From the human T2T-CHM13v2.0 reference genome, Homo sapiens, in NCBI RefSeq assembly GCF_009914755.1, contig NC_060927.1: a stretch of 64,000 nucleotides of DNA, one strand, 5' to 3'. Numbering within the stretch: position 1 is the stretch's first letter; the number at the start of each line of letters is the position of its first letter. Shown here in pieces: positions 10,640-24,105 of this stretch. A model generated the notes under the pieces. That model was not told where the DNA came from. It searched no databases and saw nothing but the letters and a program-made list of their open reading frames with translations. A program made the position numbers and the translations under genes.

Positions 10640-11760
10640 ATATATGTATTTTAAATGGCTTTAGAGAAGTACCAAGACAGCAAGGATTTCAGGGGCTGCA
10701 ATCATGGAGATAAGGGAAGTACAACAAAGTGAGCCTGACATCACGTCCCTCTTTCCCCTTAAAGCATGTCTATTTACATGCAGCAGCTGAAAAGCTGAGA
10801 GACTGAGCAGAGCTTCCCATTAGGTTGATGCAAAAATAACTGTGGTTTTTGCCATTGAACACAGTGGCAGAAACCACAATTACTTTTGCACCAACCTCAT
10901 ATAATCTCATGGGCCTGGAGAGAAAAAAAAAAGTGTGTTTAAGCAGAAACTAAAACAGACTACTGACTTCTCAACTGCAACTATGGAAACCATAAGACCA
11001 TGAAATGGTATCTCAGAAGTGTGGACAAAATAAATGTCACACAAAATTCTAAATCTAGTTAAGAAGCCTTCAAGAGAAAGACTTTTTCAGACAAAGAAAG
11101 GTTAGGAGAATCAGTTATCAGTGAATCCGTTATTCAAGAAATACTAAAAGGAATACTTTAGGCTAGAGGAAAATGATCTCAGACGGAAACATGGAATTGC
11201 AGGGAAAAAATAAAATGCCTCAGAAAGGGTAAATACAATGGCTTGTGTCTGTAATCCCAGCTACTTCGGAGGCTAAGGCAAGAGGATTGCTTGAGCCAGG
11301 CGTTCAAGGCTGCAGAGAGCTATGATCACACTCTGCACTCCAGCCTAGGTGACAAAGCAAGACCCTGTCTCAAAAAAAAAGCAGGGGGAAAAGAGAATTT
11401 AAATGAATATTGACTGTATAAAAGAGTAATAACAACTTATAGTATTTAAAATATAGCAACAATAGTGTAAAAGGCAGAGTGGCAAATAGCCTTAAAGTGT
11501 TCTAAGGTCCTAAGCACTGTAGAGGAAATGGTAAAAATACTACTATTTTCTATTAGACTTTGATAAGTTAAGGATGTATGTTGTTATGCCTGTGGAAATC
11601 ACTAAAAGAAAGGGAAAACAGCATACAATTAACAAGTTAACAGAGGAAGAAAGTGGAATAATTAAAAACAAAAAAATCCAAAAGGAGACAAGAATGGAGA
11701 TAAAAAAGGAAAGTCAAGAAACAAATAGTAGGACAACAGGTTCACACACAAAGCAGGTCC
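10640..11760 (+). mobile_element. Old L1 (L1M-type) fragments hosting MADE1 and an Alu monomer (about 11239-11380)
   Basis: A-rich plus strand with L1 ORF1/inter-ORF-like phrases (gacttctcaactgcaactatggaa, agactttttcagacaaag). Confidence 0.6.
10820..10899. mobile_element. MADE1 (Hsmar1-derived 80-bp palindromic MITE)
   Basis: ttaggttgatgcaaaaataactgtggtttttgcc...ggcagaaaccacaattacttttgcaccaacctca: two Hsmar1 TIRs head to head. Confidence 0.9.
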
Positions 11761-12126
11761 AGGCTGCTATCCTAGGAGCTCCCATAGCCTTACAGTGTCC
11801 GGGGCCACCACAGCTCTTGGAGACTGGGCAGGGTGTGACGAGATGGTGCCAGCCAGAGCAGTAGGGCAGGCCAACACCTAACACCTTGTCAGCTGGCCAG
11901 GAAATACTGAAGCAGCCTGCACTCACCAGCAGTCACTGGCATCTGGAAGCCACCTTTCTGAGGACAACTGGAGCCAAACAATGGTTCTGCCACCCCCATT
12001 TTAGAATGAGGAAGTTGCTAAGGGGAGAAGGTACTAGCTCTAGCTAAAAGAAAAGAAATAAAAACAACAAAAATGTTGACAGTGGTTATCTCTAGGACTG
12101 ACTTCTTTTCAAGAGATGGGGGTCTT

Positions 12127-12455
<329 letters not shown>

Positions 12456-15400
12456 CTATGTTGCTCAGGCTGGACTTGATCTCCTGGGCTTAAGCAATCC
12501 TCCTGTCTCAGCCTCCTGAATAGCTGGGACTACAGGCATGAGCCACCATGTCCAGCTCTGAGTGATTTTTACTTGCTTCTCTGATTTTCTGTAGTTTCCG
12601 GAATTTCTAATCAGTATTCTTCCTACACAGAAACAACCAACGAAGTACTCAAAAACATAAAGAGGAAACAGGCAGAGGGGCCATAAGGCAGCAGAAGACT
12701 GTGGCAGGGTTCTGAGTCAGGCAGCACCAGCACCTCAGCTCTGCTGGTGGCCAGTCTCTGTGGCTTAGGGCCAGGCTGTCCCCTAGCCAAAGGGAAGCAG
12801 AGACCAAGCCATGCTTTTTTGGGGCTTTCTGCCCCCAGAGTCTATGGGAAGGAGGGCAGCCCAGAAAGCCCAATGGCTTCTAAGACACTATCCTTTGCAC
12901 CAAATGCCCTAGGCCACCCAAAGTCCACCCTATACCGGCAGCCAGTGTCTGGGTGGAGCTTTGCTGTCTCTCCACAGGAGCAGACACATCAGCCACCTCA
13001 GTGCCTCCACTGGCCCTCCCTCTGACTCAGGGACCCCAGTGTCCCCAAAACAAGTCTAAGCTTCTTCACGTGGTCCTGGCCCCACAGCCTGCTCACCCCC
13101 TCAGCTACACACTTCCCCGTCCATCACGCTTAAAGAGCCAGCTCCAGGAGGTGGCCCTGTGGGCCCCTCCCAGTGTCCCTACTCACCCTGAGGCACAGTA
13201 ACCGCCCTTCTCCTGGGCCCCCTTTGCCCCACTTGCCTCTCTACCCTCTCCACAGCAGGCCCCACTCCACGCACGTGGCCCTGTGTCGGCTGCATGTCTG
13301 TCTTTCACAGCCTGCCCTAAATGCACCAGGCAGCTCCAGGAGGGGCTCAGCATACATTGCCTCAAGCTGGATAAAGGAATTCAGAAGGCACTCAAGAAAG
13401 AGCTTTATGGGTAGCCTGGGGCTCTCTGAGCCTTTCAATGACTTGAGAAGACATTTGGAAGCAAAGAAGTTGTGCCCAGCAGAGAGGGCAGGAATGTGGC
13501 TGGGCCGGGGCAGCCAACCCCTAAGCAACTTCTTTGTGGCAAAGCAACAGGGAATGCCAAGTTTGCATTCCATAGAGTTTCCTTCTAAAATGGGTAGCTG
13601 ACCTTTTCTATTTACTTTACTCTGCTTCAGGCCAGCTGCAGGAGCCCGGGACATGGGCTGGCCAGGGAGGTTCAGGGGAAATCACCCCTAGGGTGCTTTT
13701 TCACATGTGCCAATGAGAGGAAGCAGGTGGAGAAAGTTGATGTTCTCTGTCAAGTATAGAACCAGAGTAGAGTTCTAGAATGGCGAAATGAAAGGAAGCT
13801 TTGAGATTATGAATCTGATCCAACCCCATCACTGGCAAACTGGCCTCAAAGCCTACACTGCTCATGGGGGTTTCATGGCCCCTGGTCCACTTCACTCACT
13901 CATGCTACCAGGCTTATCCTTTGGGGCGCTAGCCTCCCTTCTCATCCCTTATATCTTGAGGCTACTCCACATTCACCTGCTGCCCTGGGCCCCTGGAGGG
14001 AGGCAGAGAGGATAAGGACAGGACAGTCCCACATGGCCTGTTCCCTGAGAACAAGGTCCTCCACCTGGCCACCCTGGTCCCTCCTGGCCATACAGGCCCC
14101 ATCAAGGGCCAGAGAGAGAACTGCTGTGAGGCACTCCTCCTAGTAACAGACCACAGGGAAGGCCACGCCCAGGATGCGCCTGCAGGCCTTGCAGAGGCCA
14201 CCACTGACCAGAGAGACTGGCAACTTTGATCAAAGAACACTTTCATTTTTAATATTCAGAGTACAGAGACACTGGAGCTCTGCCAGGAAAACACACTCAT
14301 GACACTCAGACATGCCCCTAATAATCCTCTGTTTGCTTTAGGCTCTGCACATAGAGACCTACCCCTTGTCCCCAATATAAATAACAAGGCTTCAGTTGCT
14401 GCTGCCAGAGGCCAGACTCGACAGAAGCATGAAAATGAGGGGAGAGGCAACTACCCCAAATGAGGTACACAACTGCTCTAGAGGCTGATCTGGTCTTTCT
14501 TTCAAGGGCCATTAAAATGTTCAAACTCCCTGACCCGGTAACCCTGCTCTGGGGAAATTATTCCATAGAAATAGTAACAAGACAGGAGCAAGCAAAACAA
14601 AGCATTCTATATACGCACGATCCTGGCAGCATAATTCATAATAGCTACAACACCTCTGGGATCTCTTCTGGCAGAGTGCCCTAGAGTGGCCTAAAGTACC
14701 ACCAGGCTATGAGGGCAAAGGACAATTTAGTACAGGGATGTTTTTGTTTGGTGGTTGATATTTTTCTTTAGAACACTCAATGGCTGGCTTTGCAGCAAAT
14801 GAGACTTTTAAAGAGCCCAGTGGCTTCCCCACTCGTGGGCAGAGGAGACTGTCCTCCAGCTGTCACCCAGCAAGGCAACTGTGGCCCCAGCCTGAAGAAC
14901 GGGTACAGTGTAAGGCAATAAAACCTCCCTTCCCTTCTCTTATCCAGCCCACCCCAAGCCTCCTGTCCTTCTGGCCACACAAAGAGGACAAGGTCTATTG
15001 GAGCACATGACACAAGAAGTGACCATGGGCAGGACAGGGCCACATCACAGCCTCAGGGGGTGGACAGGCCTCCAAGCAAGTCCTGGCAAATGCGTCCTCA
15101 GCGGGTTTCAGAAAAAGGAGTGGGAGCGCCTTTGTGCCCCCACCTGAAACCACAGGCCAGAAAGCATGAGATAATGCACCCTCCCCAGTAGGGGCAGCCT
15201 CCACACATGGCCTCTCAGAGGCCACCTCTCGAGACCACCCTTCCACAGAGGAAGAGGGTGTCACTGACATTTTCTCAATGTGGAAAACAGTCCAGAAAGA
15301 CTATCCAAGGTGCCAGAGTTGAAGGAAGAGCCGGAGGCAGAATCCACACCCTGCTCTCTGGCCTAGGGGTGGACCCCACACCAGCTTCCTGCATCTGGCT

Positions 15401-16309
15401 CCTCAGGGACCAGCAACTGCAGTAGAGAAGCTACCTGACACAGTGACTGGGGCCTGGCCAGGGCTGCAGGTGGCTGTGCCAGGGCTCTGAGTGCTCAAGT
15501 GTTCCTCAAAGGAAAAACTCCTGCAGCCTACCCCACAGTGGAGTTCAGCCTACAGCATTATCCTGGAAACTCCCTCCCTCAACGGGAGCCCAGCCTCTCA
15601 GCTCTCCCCACTGCCAGGAGAAGCCTTCCTCAGCCCTAAAAATTACAATTTTAGGTCACAGGTCTTAGAGGCAGAAGGAGCTTCAGAAGTAGTACAGTCA
15701 AGCCCTTGCCTTAAAAACAAGGAGGCCGGAGAAGCCAGAGCTGGCTGGGGATGAGATCTGTATGGGAGCCCCCACCAAGACAGATCAACAGCTATGGCCA
15801 CGTGTTGGCACCAAGGCCTACCCAAAGGCCCCTGAGGGATGGCTTATAAGCAGCCAACGGCTGTTCCAGGCAATGACCAGGGCTGAGTGTTAGTTAAATG
15901 AGGCCCCTGCCCTGCTGGAGCTGCCATCGCATCTGCATCATGTGGTCTGCACCCACTCTCATCCCAGACGCTGCAGAACCTAACCAAGGTGCTCTACACT
16001 GACAAGTTTGAACTTTGCACCCATCCCACCTGAAAGCCCATAGCTAGTGGGTACTTAAGGCGTTAGAAAAAACTGGTCTGCCAAAAGCAAAACAAAAAAC
16101 CCCAAGACTGAAAAATAAATCATGGTACTCTCAAAGAAATATTAAGCTGCCATAATTTCATGAAAGTGTATTTACCAAAAGATAGTCATGACACGGCTCA
16201 TGAAAAAATGTTACAAAACAGCATGATATGCACAGATACATGTTGATCTGTAGTTTCTAAGTTTTCTACAATAAAAAAATCTATAATTTATGTAAATATC
16301 AATTGAAAA

Positions 16310-16469
<160 letters not shown>

Positions 16470-18254
16470 TAAATATCAATTTAAATTTTAAAACAGGAGA
16501 GGAGTAAACGTTTATGGCAGATGAGCTAAGCCCCAAAGGGCCCATAAGGTGAGAACTGGATTGGTCACACTGGCCATGTGGGACCCAGATGTTGGGGGAC
16601 AGGGGCCTGCATAGCCCACTGCCCCTCACCCTCCCAGGGCCCAATCTAGCCCACAGACCACTCTGGGAAAGTGGATGGTGCTCAACCCCATAAGGCTGCC
16701 CTGAGTGGCAAACTGCCAGCAGCTGCTGCACTCTGCCAAAGACTCTTTTCCCCACACAGGGAGGGGTCTCAGTGCCAGCTCCACTCCCTTTCAAAAGTTG
16801 GAGGATTTTAGCCAAGGAAATTTTAGCCAAGTCACTTCACCTGCCTGGACTGTAGTTTCTTCACCTATAAATGCAGATCACATTAGTCCCAGAACAGAGG
16901 TGAAGACTTCATAAGAGGGGCTTTGGAAGCTGAGATCAGGACATACAAGATATCAAGACTTAATGCACACAGAAAGGATTCAGCTGTGCTCCTACCCCAC
17001 CCTACCCAGAAGGGAGGTGCCCGGTGCCAGCACATGGTGAGTCGGCTTCACCATCTTCCTTAAACCAGTTCTCTCTTGATTCATTCTCCCACATTCCCAG
17101 GCCTATTCCCAAGAAACAGGGTCAGGAAAAACGAGGCAGTCGTGGGTCCCTGTGCTGCTGCTTCAGCAGGAGATCTCCACTGCCCATGACTGGGACATCA
17201 CCAGATGTAGACATCCTCTACAGTGGGACTGAAAGAACTCAGGAGGCGTGATGGGAGCCGCCCTGGTCGGTACCACTACGGTGGAACAATGCATGCCAAA
17301 TCAAGCTGATGTCATGGATCAAACAACCATGATCTGTGATACACCCTGGTGTGTGGAAACCATCAGTGGGGCCCAGCACACAGAGCAGAGAGGCCTGGCA
17401 TTGGCTGGACTCAAGGGTTTGGGCACTGGGCCAGGGCTGGGCCTTAGCTGGGGTGGGAAGTCTCTCCACAAGAGGGTCATGCACACATTGAGCTGGGGAA
17501 CAGATTTTCCATCTCTGAAGAAGGAAGGCTAGTGGCCTCATTGCTTTTGCAATATGTGACACCCAGCACCGGTCAAACAACTATCTCTGATGGTGACCGA
17601 CTTTTCCAGCTGTGTGCAGACCTCCATACAAAGCCACAGGGAGGTGGTGGCTGTGGAGGTTGGGAGGTCGGGACTTGCTTGTTCAGGCACTTTCTGGCAT
17701 AGGAGGAGGCGAGTGCTCCTGGTTAAGTGCCTCCTCCCTTCTCCTCCCACCTGTCAGCCCCAACCCAACAGTCCATCCATCCCACAAGGCAGGGTGGCAA
17801 TGGCTGTCAGCCACAAACGCTGCCCTAGACATGCCTCCATGGCACATATCAGCCAACCTCCCATCAGGAAGAAGTGACGGAGAGCTTTTTAAAAAAAAAA
17901 AAAGCAGCTAAGCAGCTGACACTGACATGAACGCCCCTGAATGCCCTCTTCCATGGGCCAGCTTTCCAGGGCACATCTTATCTGGGCAGTACACAGGGGG
18001 CTGGGGGAAGGGAGCTGCCTTAGGGATGAGTCATCCATGCCTCTACAGAGTTAGCTACAAGAGGGCTGGCAGAGACAGGGAAGAGTCAGCCCAGAGAAGT
18101 AGGGCCCATCTAGGGGTAGGAATGCATCCTTTCTTCCCACAGAGCCTGGGCTGGTGGAGCTGCTGGAGCTCACTCCCACCCAATGGGGATTTGGTTGTAT
18201 GGGGATAGGACAGGATTTATCCTAGGAGAATAATACAAATTTTAAAAAGGAATC

Positions 18255-18390
18255 TGGATCTATAGATTCAATGCAATTCTATCAAAATCCCAGCAAGCTT
18301 TTTCTAATAGATATTAACAAGCTAACTATAAAATGCATAAGGAAAGGCAAAGGAACTGTTAGAATAGCTAACATAATTCTGAAAAGGTCT
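18255..18390 (+). mobile_element. L1 ORF2 3' fragment
   Basis: atctatagattcaatgcaattctatcaaaatcccagc..agaatagcta..aattctgaaaag, typical of L1M. Confidence 0.7.
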
Positions 18391-20950
18391 CCTCAGGCAG
18401 TGGGGCAGGAACACAGGCAGGCAGGCGAGTGACTCTTCAAGATGGCTGGTGAGGGGCAAGGTCCTGGGGTGGCTCCCTCCAATCCTGCTGGATTTTCATT
18501 TACTTAGCCACAAACCCTGGCCCTACAGTGTATCTGGTTAGACAAATGAATCTGCAAAATGAGACCACTCAGCTTATTTCCAAGGACTATCTAATGCAGC
18601 AAATAAGCGAGGCTCTACAAAGTGGTTCCTAATCACAAACTTCTAAGTCACATTTCCTTATTTCTACTCCCATCCATTGCCTCACATTTCCCCCAACTGT
18701 TGCCTTATTTGCAAAGCTGGCACATGCTTTATGTAAAAGTTACTTCTGCCTTTTCGAGGTGTGTCCAGAGTCCTTTCACTCTCTCGGGAGGACCTCACGG
18801 TGCCTTCCTTCTGCCCAGAGCCCCAGCACTAGCTGGGCAAACAGGTATGGCATTTGCTCTGTTCGTCAGGTGAAGCAAGTTTTATTTCATTTTTTTCCAC
18901 CTTTGGTTGAAGATTCTGCGGCTCACTGAGGCAATGTGACTTGCCCAGGGTTAGAAAATTAACTGGCAGGGCTTGGCCTCAAACCCGGGAACTGCTTCCA
19001 AAGCTTGACCTTACTCCATCTGTCTATGTCCTTTCATTTCAGGGACTGCTGCTGAACCAAGAATCTTCTCAACATGTGTTCTTCCCCTAAGTCCCTAAAT
19101 TAAAGCAGAAAAAAAAAATTTAAAGCATGATGAACTAGCTACATCAATATATGGAACTGACCACCAGGCAGGGGACACTGAGTGACCTGGAGAGTAACTG
19201 AGGCAGATGGACCCTGCTCTCTGCCAGCTAATGGGACATAGGGAGCCGAGACACTCACAGGCAGCAGGCCCTGGGGTCACCCAGTCATTAGAGTTCAGAG
19301 CTGAGTGGCCGTGTGGGATGGAATGACTCAGGGAGGAATCCTGGTCAGGGCATAAGAGGAGAAACTAGGGAACAAGAGGAAGAGGAGGGCGCCCCCTCCA
19401 TCTCTCTGTAGGGCCTGGGTCAGGGACGCATCAGAGACAACTCAGTCTTTCCCATCCAGGTTGGGCCCTTGGTCTCAGATGCAGATCTGTGTAACTCCCT
19501 TGGCGTCACTCCTGAGATGGTGAGGGGGTCAGACTGGAAGGGGCCCCCAGGGACACTGTGTAAAGGAGAGTTGGGGTGATGTCTGTTCATGCCTCCCCAA
19601 CAAGAGGCTATACCACCCACCCTTTCACACTGCAGATTCATGCCTCTGGACCTTTGCCACCCAAACCCTACCATCTGGATTCCAGACTTAAAAGGTATGT
19701 TCTCCATAAGGCCTTGTCCCACTGAAGGCAGGACAGTGTTAGTTGAAAGCACCCCTGAGTGGGCACCACACTCCTCTCAGCACACTCCAGAATGGCGGGT
19801 GCTGGTGGGGCTTCACACCTGGCACCTGGGCTCAACCCAGAGTGACCCTGACTGAAGTAGGCTGTTCTCGCCTCCCAGCAGCCGAGGAAGAAGGATGCTC
19901 ACTGGCCAATGGCCTCAGGGGTCATCTCTCCAATGGACTGGAAGGTCACTTCTTTCTCTCCAGTGGCAAAGGAGGCTGTAGCAGGGGCTATGGCCTAGGG
20001 GGTTCTCTGGAATCAGCTCCCAATCCATAAGCATCCTGCATGAGAGCCCCTTTCCAGACTTGGGGTACAAATAAAAAGCAAGATCCCCTGGGATGGACAC
20101 GGCCTCTGCTGCATCCTGCTCTTCCTGGAAAGTCCATCATCCCCAATCCCTGGACCCTGCAGTCTAAAGTTACGTCCACATAGGTCTGGCCCTGTGTTAG
20201 GCAACCAATGTTCTAATCTGCCTTCCTAAATAACCTGAGCAAGCCCTCTGCTCTGGATCTGTTAAAGTCAGAAGAGTCTGCTTTTCTCTGGGGCCTACAA
20301 ATACAGGCACAACTCCTTGCTAAGGCTAGGCTTCCTGGCAACCAAGGGAGTGACCGAGTAGCAGGCCCTGCCAGGTACAGGATGCTAGAAGTCCACCTGC
20401 CCAAAGTCTCTAGAAGGACAGCCCCAAAAGCCAAGCTCTCAACGACTGGGAGGCAAACCTGTTCCACCATGCTCCACTGCCTCAAAAGAGGCCAGATTAG
20501 AGCAAAGCAGAAGAATATGATGAGCTGAAGCAGAACCCAATTCAATGTCCAGCATGGTTGGTCCCTGGGCTGCGGTGAGAAAACAAAACAGGGCCCTGCA
20601 CCTGCCCAGCTCAGTGGGCTCAGGACAGGGCCTCAGAGCAGGTCTTGTGCTCCACTACAAATGACCTGTAAGACCTAACAGGAAGCAGGTCCTCACATGG
20701 CAGGGCCTCTTTTATCTAGAACTCACTGACAGGAGCCTGGAACTACACATGCCCTTTGGTTTTTTTCCCACAGTTTTCATTATGATATATCTCAGGCACA
20801 CAGAAAAGTCCGGAGAATAACCTAACACATATACTCACCTCCTGCAGAGTCAATAAAAGTAATGTTTTGCCATATTCCAGACAGGTTTGTTCCCCTCCTG
20901 TTTTTTTTTTTTTTTTTTTTTTTTTTGTTACAACAAAATCACACATCATT

Positions 20951-21253
20951 GGCCAGGTCCACTGGCTCACACCTGTAATTCCAACACTTTTGGGAGGCTG
21001 AAGTGGGTGGACTGCCTGAGCTCAGGAGTTTGAGACCAGCCTGGGCAACCTGGTGAAACCATGTTGTTTTTGTACCAAAAATTAGCTGGGCATAGTGGTG
21101 CGCACCTGTGGTCCCAGCTTCTTGGGAGGCTGAGGTGGGAAGATCGCTTGAGCTTGGGAGCCACGTGGAGGTTGCAGTGAACTGAGATAGCGCCACTGCA
21201 CTCCAGCCTGGGTGACAGAGCGAGACCCCATCTCAAAAAAAAGAAAAAAAAAA
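20951..21253 (+). mobile_element. Alu (J-like)
   Basis: Dimeric Alu; TSD aaaatcacacatcat. Confidence 0.93.
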
Positions 21254-23380
21254 TCACACATCATAGAGCCTTTCCCTAATCCTGTTTCCTCCTTGCTTCC
21301 CCAGACAGCAATCGGAGGCATCACTCCTCATGTATGTGTTTACACTTCTGCTTTCGCTTTCTTGGCAGCACCTGACACTGTATCACACGCCTGCTTCTTC
21401 GTTAACAGCCTGTCTCCTTCCAGAAAATGTCAGCTCCATGAGGGTAGGGGCTGTACTTTGTCTGCTGTTGCCTTCCAGGGGCCCACAATGGTGCCCTGCA
21501 CAGAGCAGACAACCAATAAAGTCAGTACTTGCCAACTTAGTAACACACATATATCATTTTGTGTTCCTAAATTTGATATAAATGTTCCTGCCCTGTATGC
21601 CTCAATTCTGAAACCTGCTTTTTTCCTTCACTCAACACCATGTTTGAGATTCACAACCATATGGTTCAACATTCAAGCCTCTTACTGTATGACCCACCCA
21701 CCCACCTGCTAAACCAGCGACCCTTCTCTCTCATCGAGGAGGGGGAGGGGTGGGGATCAGAGAAAACACCACCAGCAAATCAAAGCCCAGAAACTGGAAC
21801 TCAGGCTCCAGCCAGAGTTCCAGTTTTTGAGAAACTAAGAATAAACCAGAAGACCAAAGGGCCTCTAATATGTAGTTACCACAGAATGGGGGAAACTGTG
21901 CCAGCACCCACCCATAAAGCCACATATGTTGGGGTCACCTGGCAAAGGAGCAACTAACTGGCCTTCATCTTCCCATCACCAGCCAGGGACCTTCAAGAGC
22001 TGGGGGCTGAGGCCCAACAAAAAGCCCCAGGCCCAGTGCCGGCAGACCCACTCACTGTTTAGCATCACCAGCCTCTAAGCATAGAGCTGGTAGCATGTCT
22101 GAACCCGAGTAGGGGGCATGGACTCTGCAGGGCTCTCAGGATGGTGTGAAAACACTCTGTAAGTCGTGTCTGTGATTGCTCCTGATTACAAAGGCAGAGA
22201 TGAGGCCCGCATGTGGGGAGGTTCTACTCATACTGGTGAAGGTGAAAAAAGGCTGTGGCATTAGGAAAGCCTGCTCTGGTGTGGCTGCCCAGCTTCCTCT
22301 AAAGAGCATTCCCTCCCCTCCCGCTCCCCCTGGGCAAAGCAGAGCCTAAGCCCATCAAGATCTACACCCCCCTGTGCCTGAAGGAAGCTGCTCAGAGCAA
22401 AGGAAATCAAGGCAACCTGTCCAGAAAGACACACAGTCTGGCCCCAGGAAGAGAGCCCCATCTCAGGGCTAGGCATGGGAGGGAGGACATGAGACCTCTG
22501 GAACTGCTGACACGGGAGTGGTAGTCAGACACTCTGCTCACAAAGATCAGCAGCACAGCTTTGCCTCGCTCACCCCACACACTGGTTCCGGCAACAGTTT
22601 CCAGGCTCCAGATTTTTGGGAGGCAAAGCAGCATCTGAGGCTCTGTGGAGGTTGCAGCCCTCAAGACTGCGGGGGAAGACCTTGTGCCTGCAATCACGAG
22701 GGAAGTGTACCCAAGACCCTCACGTGTGCTGTGTTTAGGCAACTTAAGTGGACCCAACCAGATGAGAGTATTCGACAAAATAAGATAAATACTACAGAGG
22801 GAAATGAAGCCAGAGGGACACAGACAACGAGAAAGGCGCCCTTTGAGCTGAACTCTATGTGAAGACCCAGACATCAAAGGTATAGGAGAGATGAGAAGGA
22901 CCTCCAGGCTGAGAGGACGGACAAAAGACTGGTCAGGAAATGCTGAGTGGCCAGGGGTGGCAAGGGCCGACCACAAAGGGCTCTGGCTAGAGGGAAACCA
23001 GAGGAGGTTGGATGAGGCTAGATGGTCCAGGCAGAGCTTCACATGCCAAGTGCAGAAGGGGCACTTACTCAGTAGGCAATGGAGAACCACGCCACAAAAG
23101 GTGTATGAGAAGGGTAAAAAGGCATAATGTAAGGGCTAGAAAGAAAATGCTGGGGGCTGAGTAACAGCCAAATGGAAAATGAGGGAAAGGAGGCAGAGAA
23201 GGCCTCGACAAGGGCCTTCTGAGATGTTGAGATTTTAAGGTCTGAACAGGACAGCCACGGGCAGAAAGAAGAGGGGAGGGAACAGGGCAGACACTGAACA
23301 GAGTTGGGAGGACCCAGAGACTGGGAGACCGATGAGTGCTGGAGGAGAGAGCAGACCCTGGAGCTGCACACGGGCATTAC

Positions 23381-23448
23381 CTGTGCTTCTCGCCTTCTTC
23401 CTCCTCTTCTCTGAGATGCTTGGTCTTTGGCTCCCCATCTTCCTTGTC
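23381..23448 (-). CDS. CCDC12: CCDC12 coding exon 2 ([23 protein letters not shown]), 68 nt
   Basis: Acceptor ttttctccctttctttgcag|GAC, donor AG|gtaatg; phases join exon 1 (phase 0) and exon 3 (phase 2). Confidence 0.97.
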
Positions 23449-23663
23449 CTGCAAAGAAAGGGAGAAAACCACCAGCTCAGTTGAAAGCTCCTACTTCCAG
23501 TCCACGTGGCCCAGGGAGCTAAAGAACAGGACATCTCAGAAGGGGGGCACCTGGCAGGGCCCAGCTTGGTGTCCCAGACTCCAACAGGGTACACGCCTGC
23601 TGCATCTCATAGGCACAACTGGAGCCTCATTGCCTGTGCAGAATTTAAAAATCCGTAACTCTT

Positions 23664-24105
<442 letters not shown>

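Noticed and set aside
20833-20841. Strong minus-strand donor GAG|gtgagt in intron 2
   Set aside because: No plausible acceptor at exon-like distance; it sits in a decayed L1 fragment.
22407-23090. 227-aa minus-strand ORF
   Set aside because: Intronic, overlaps decayed L2-like sequence, and has no recognisable homology or exon structure.
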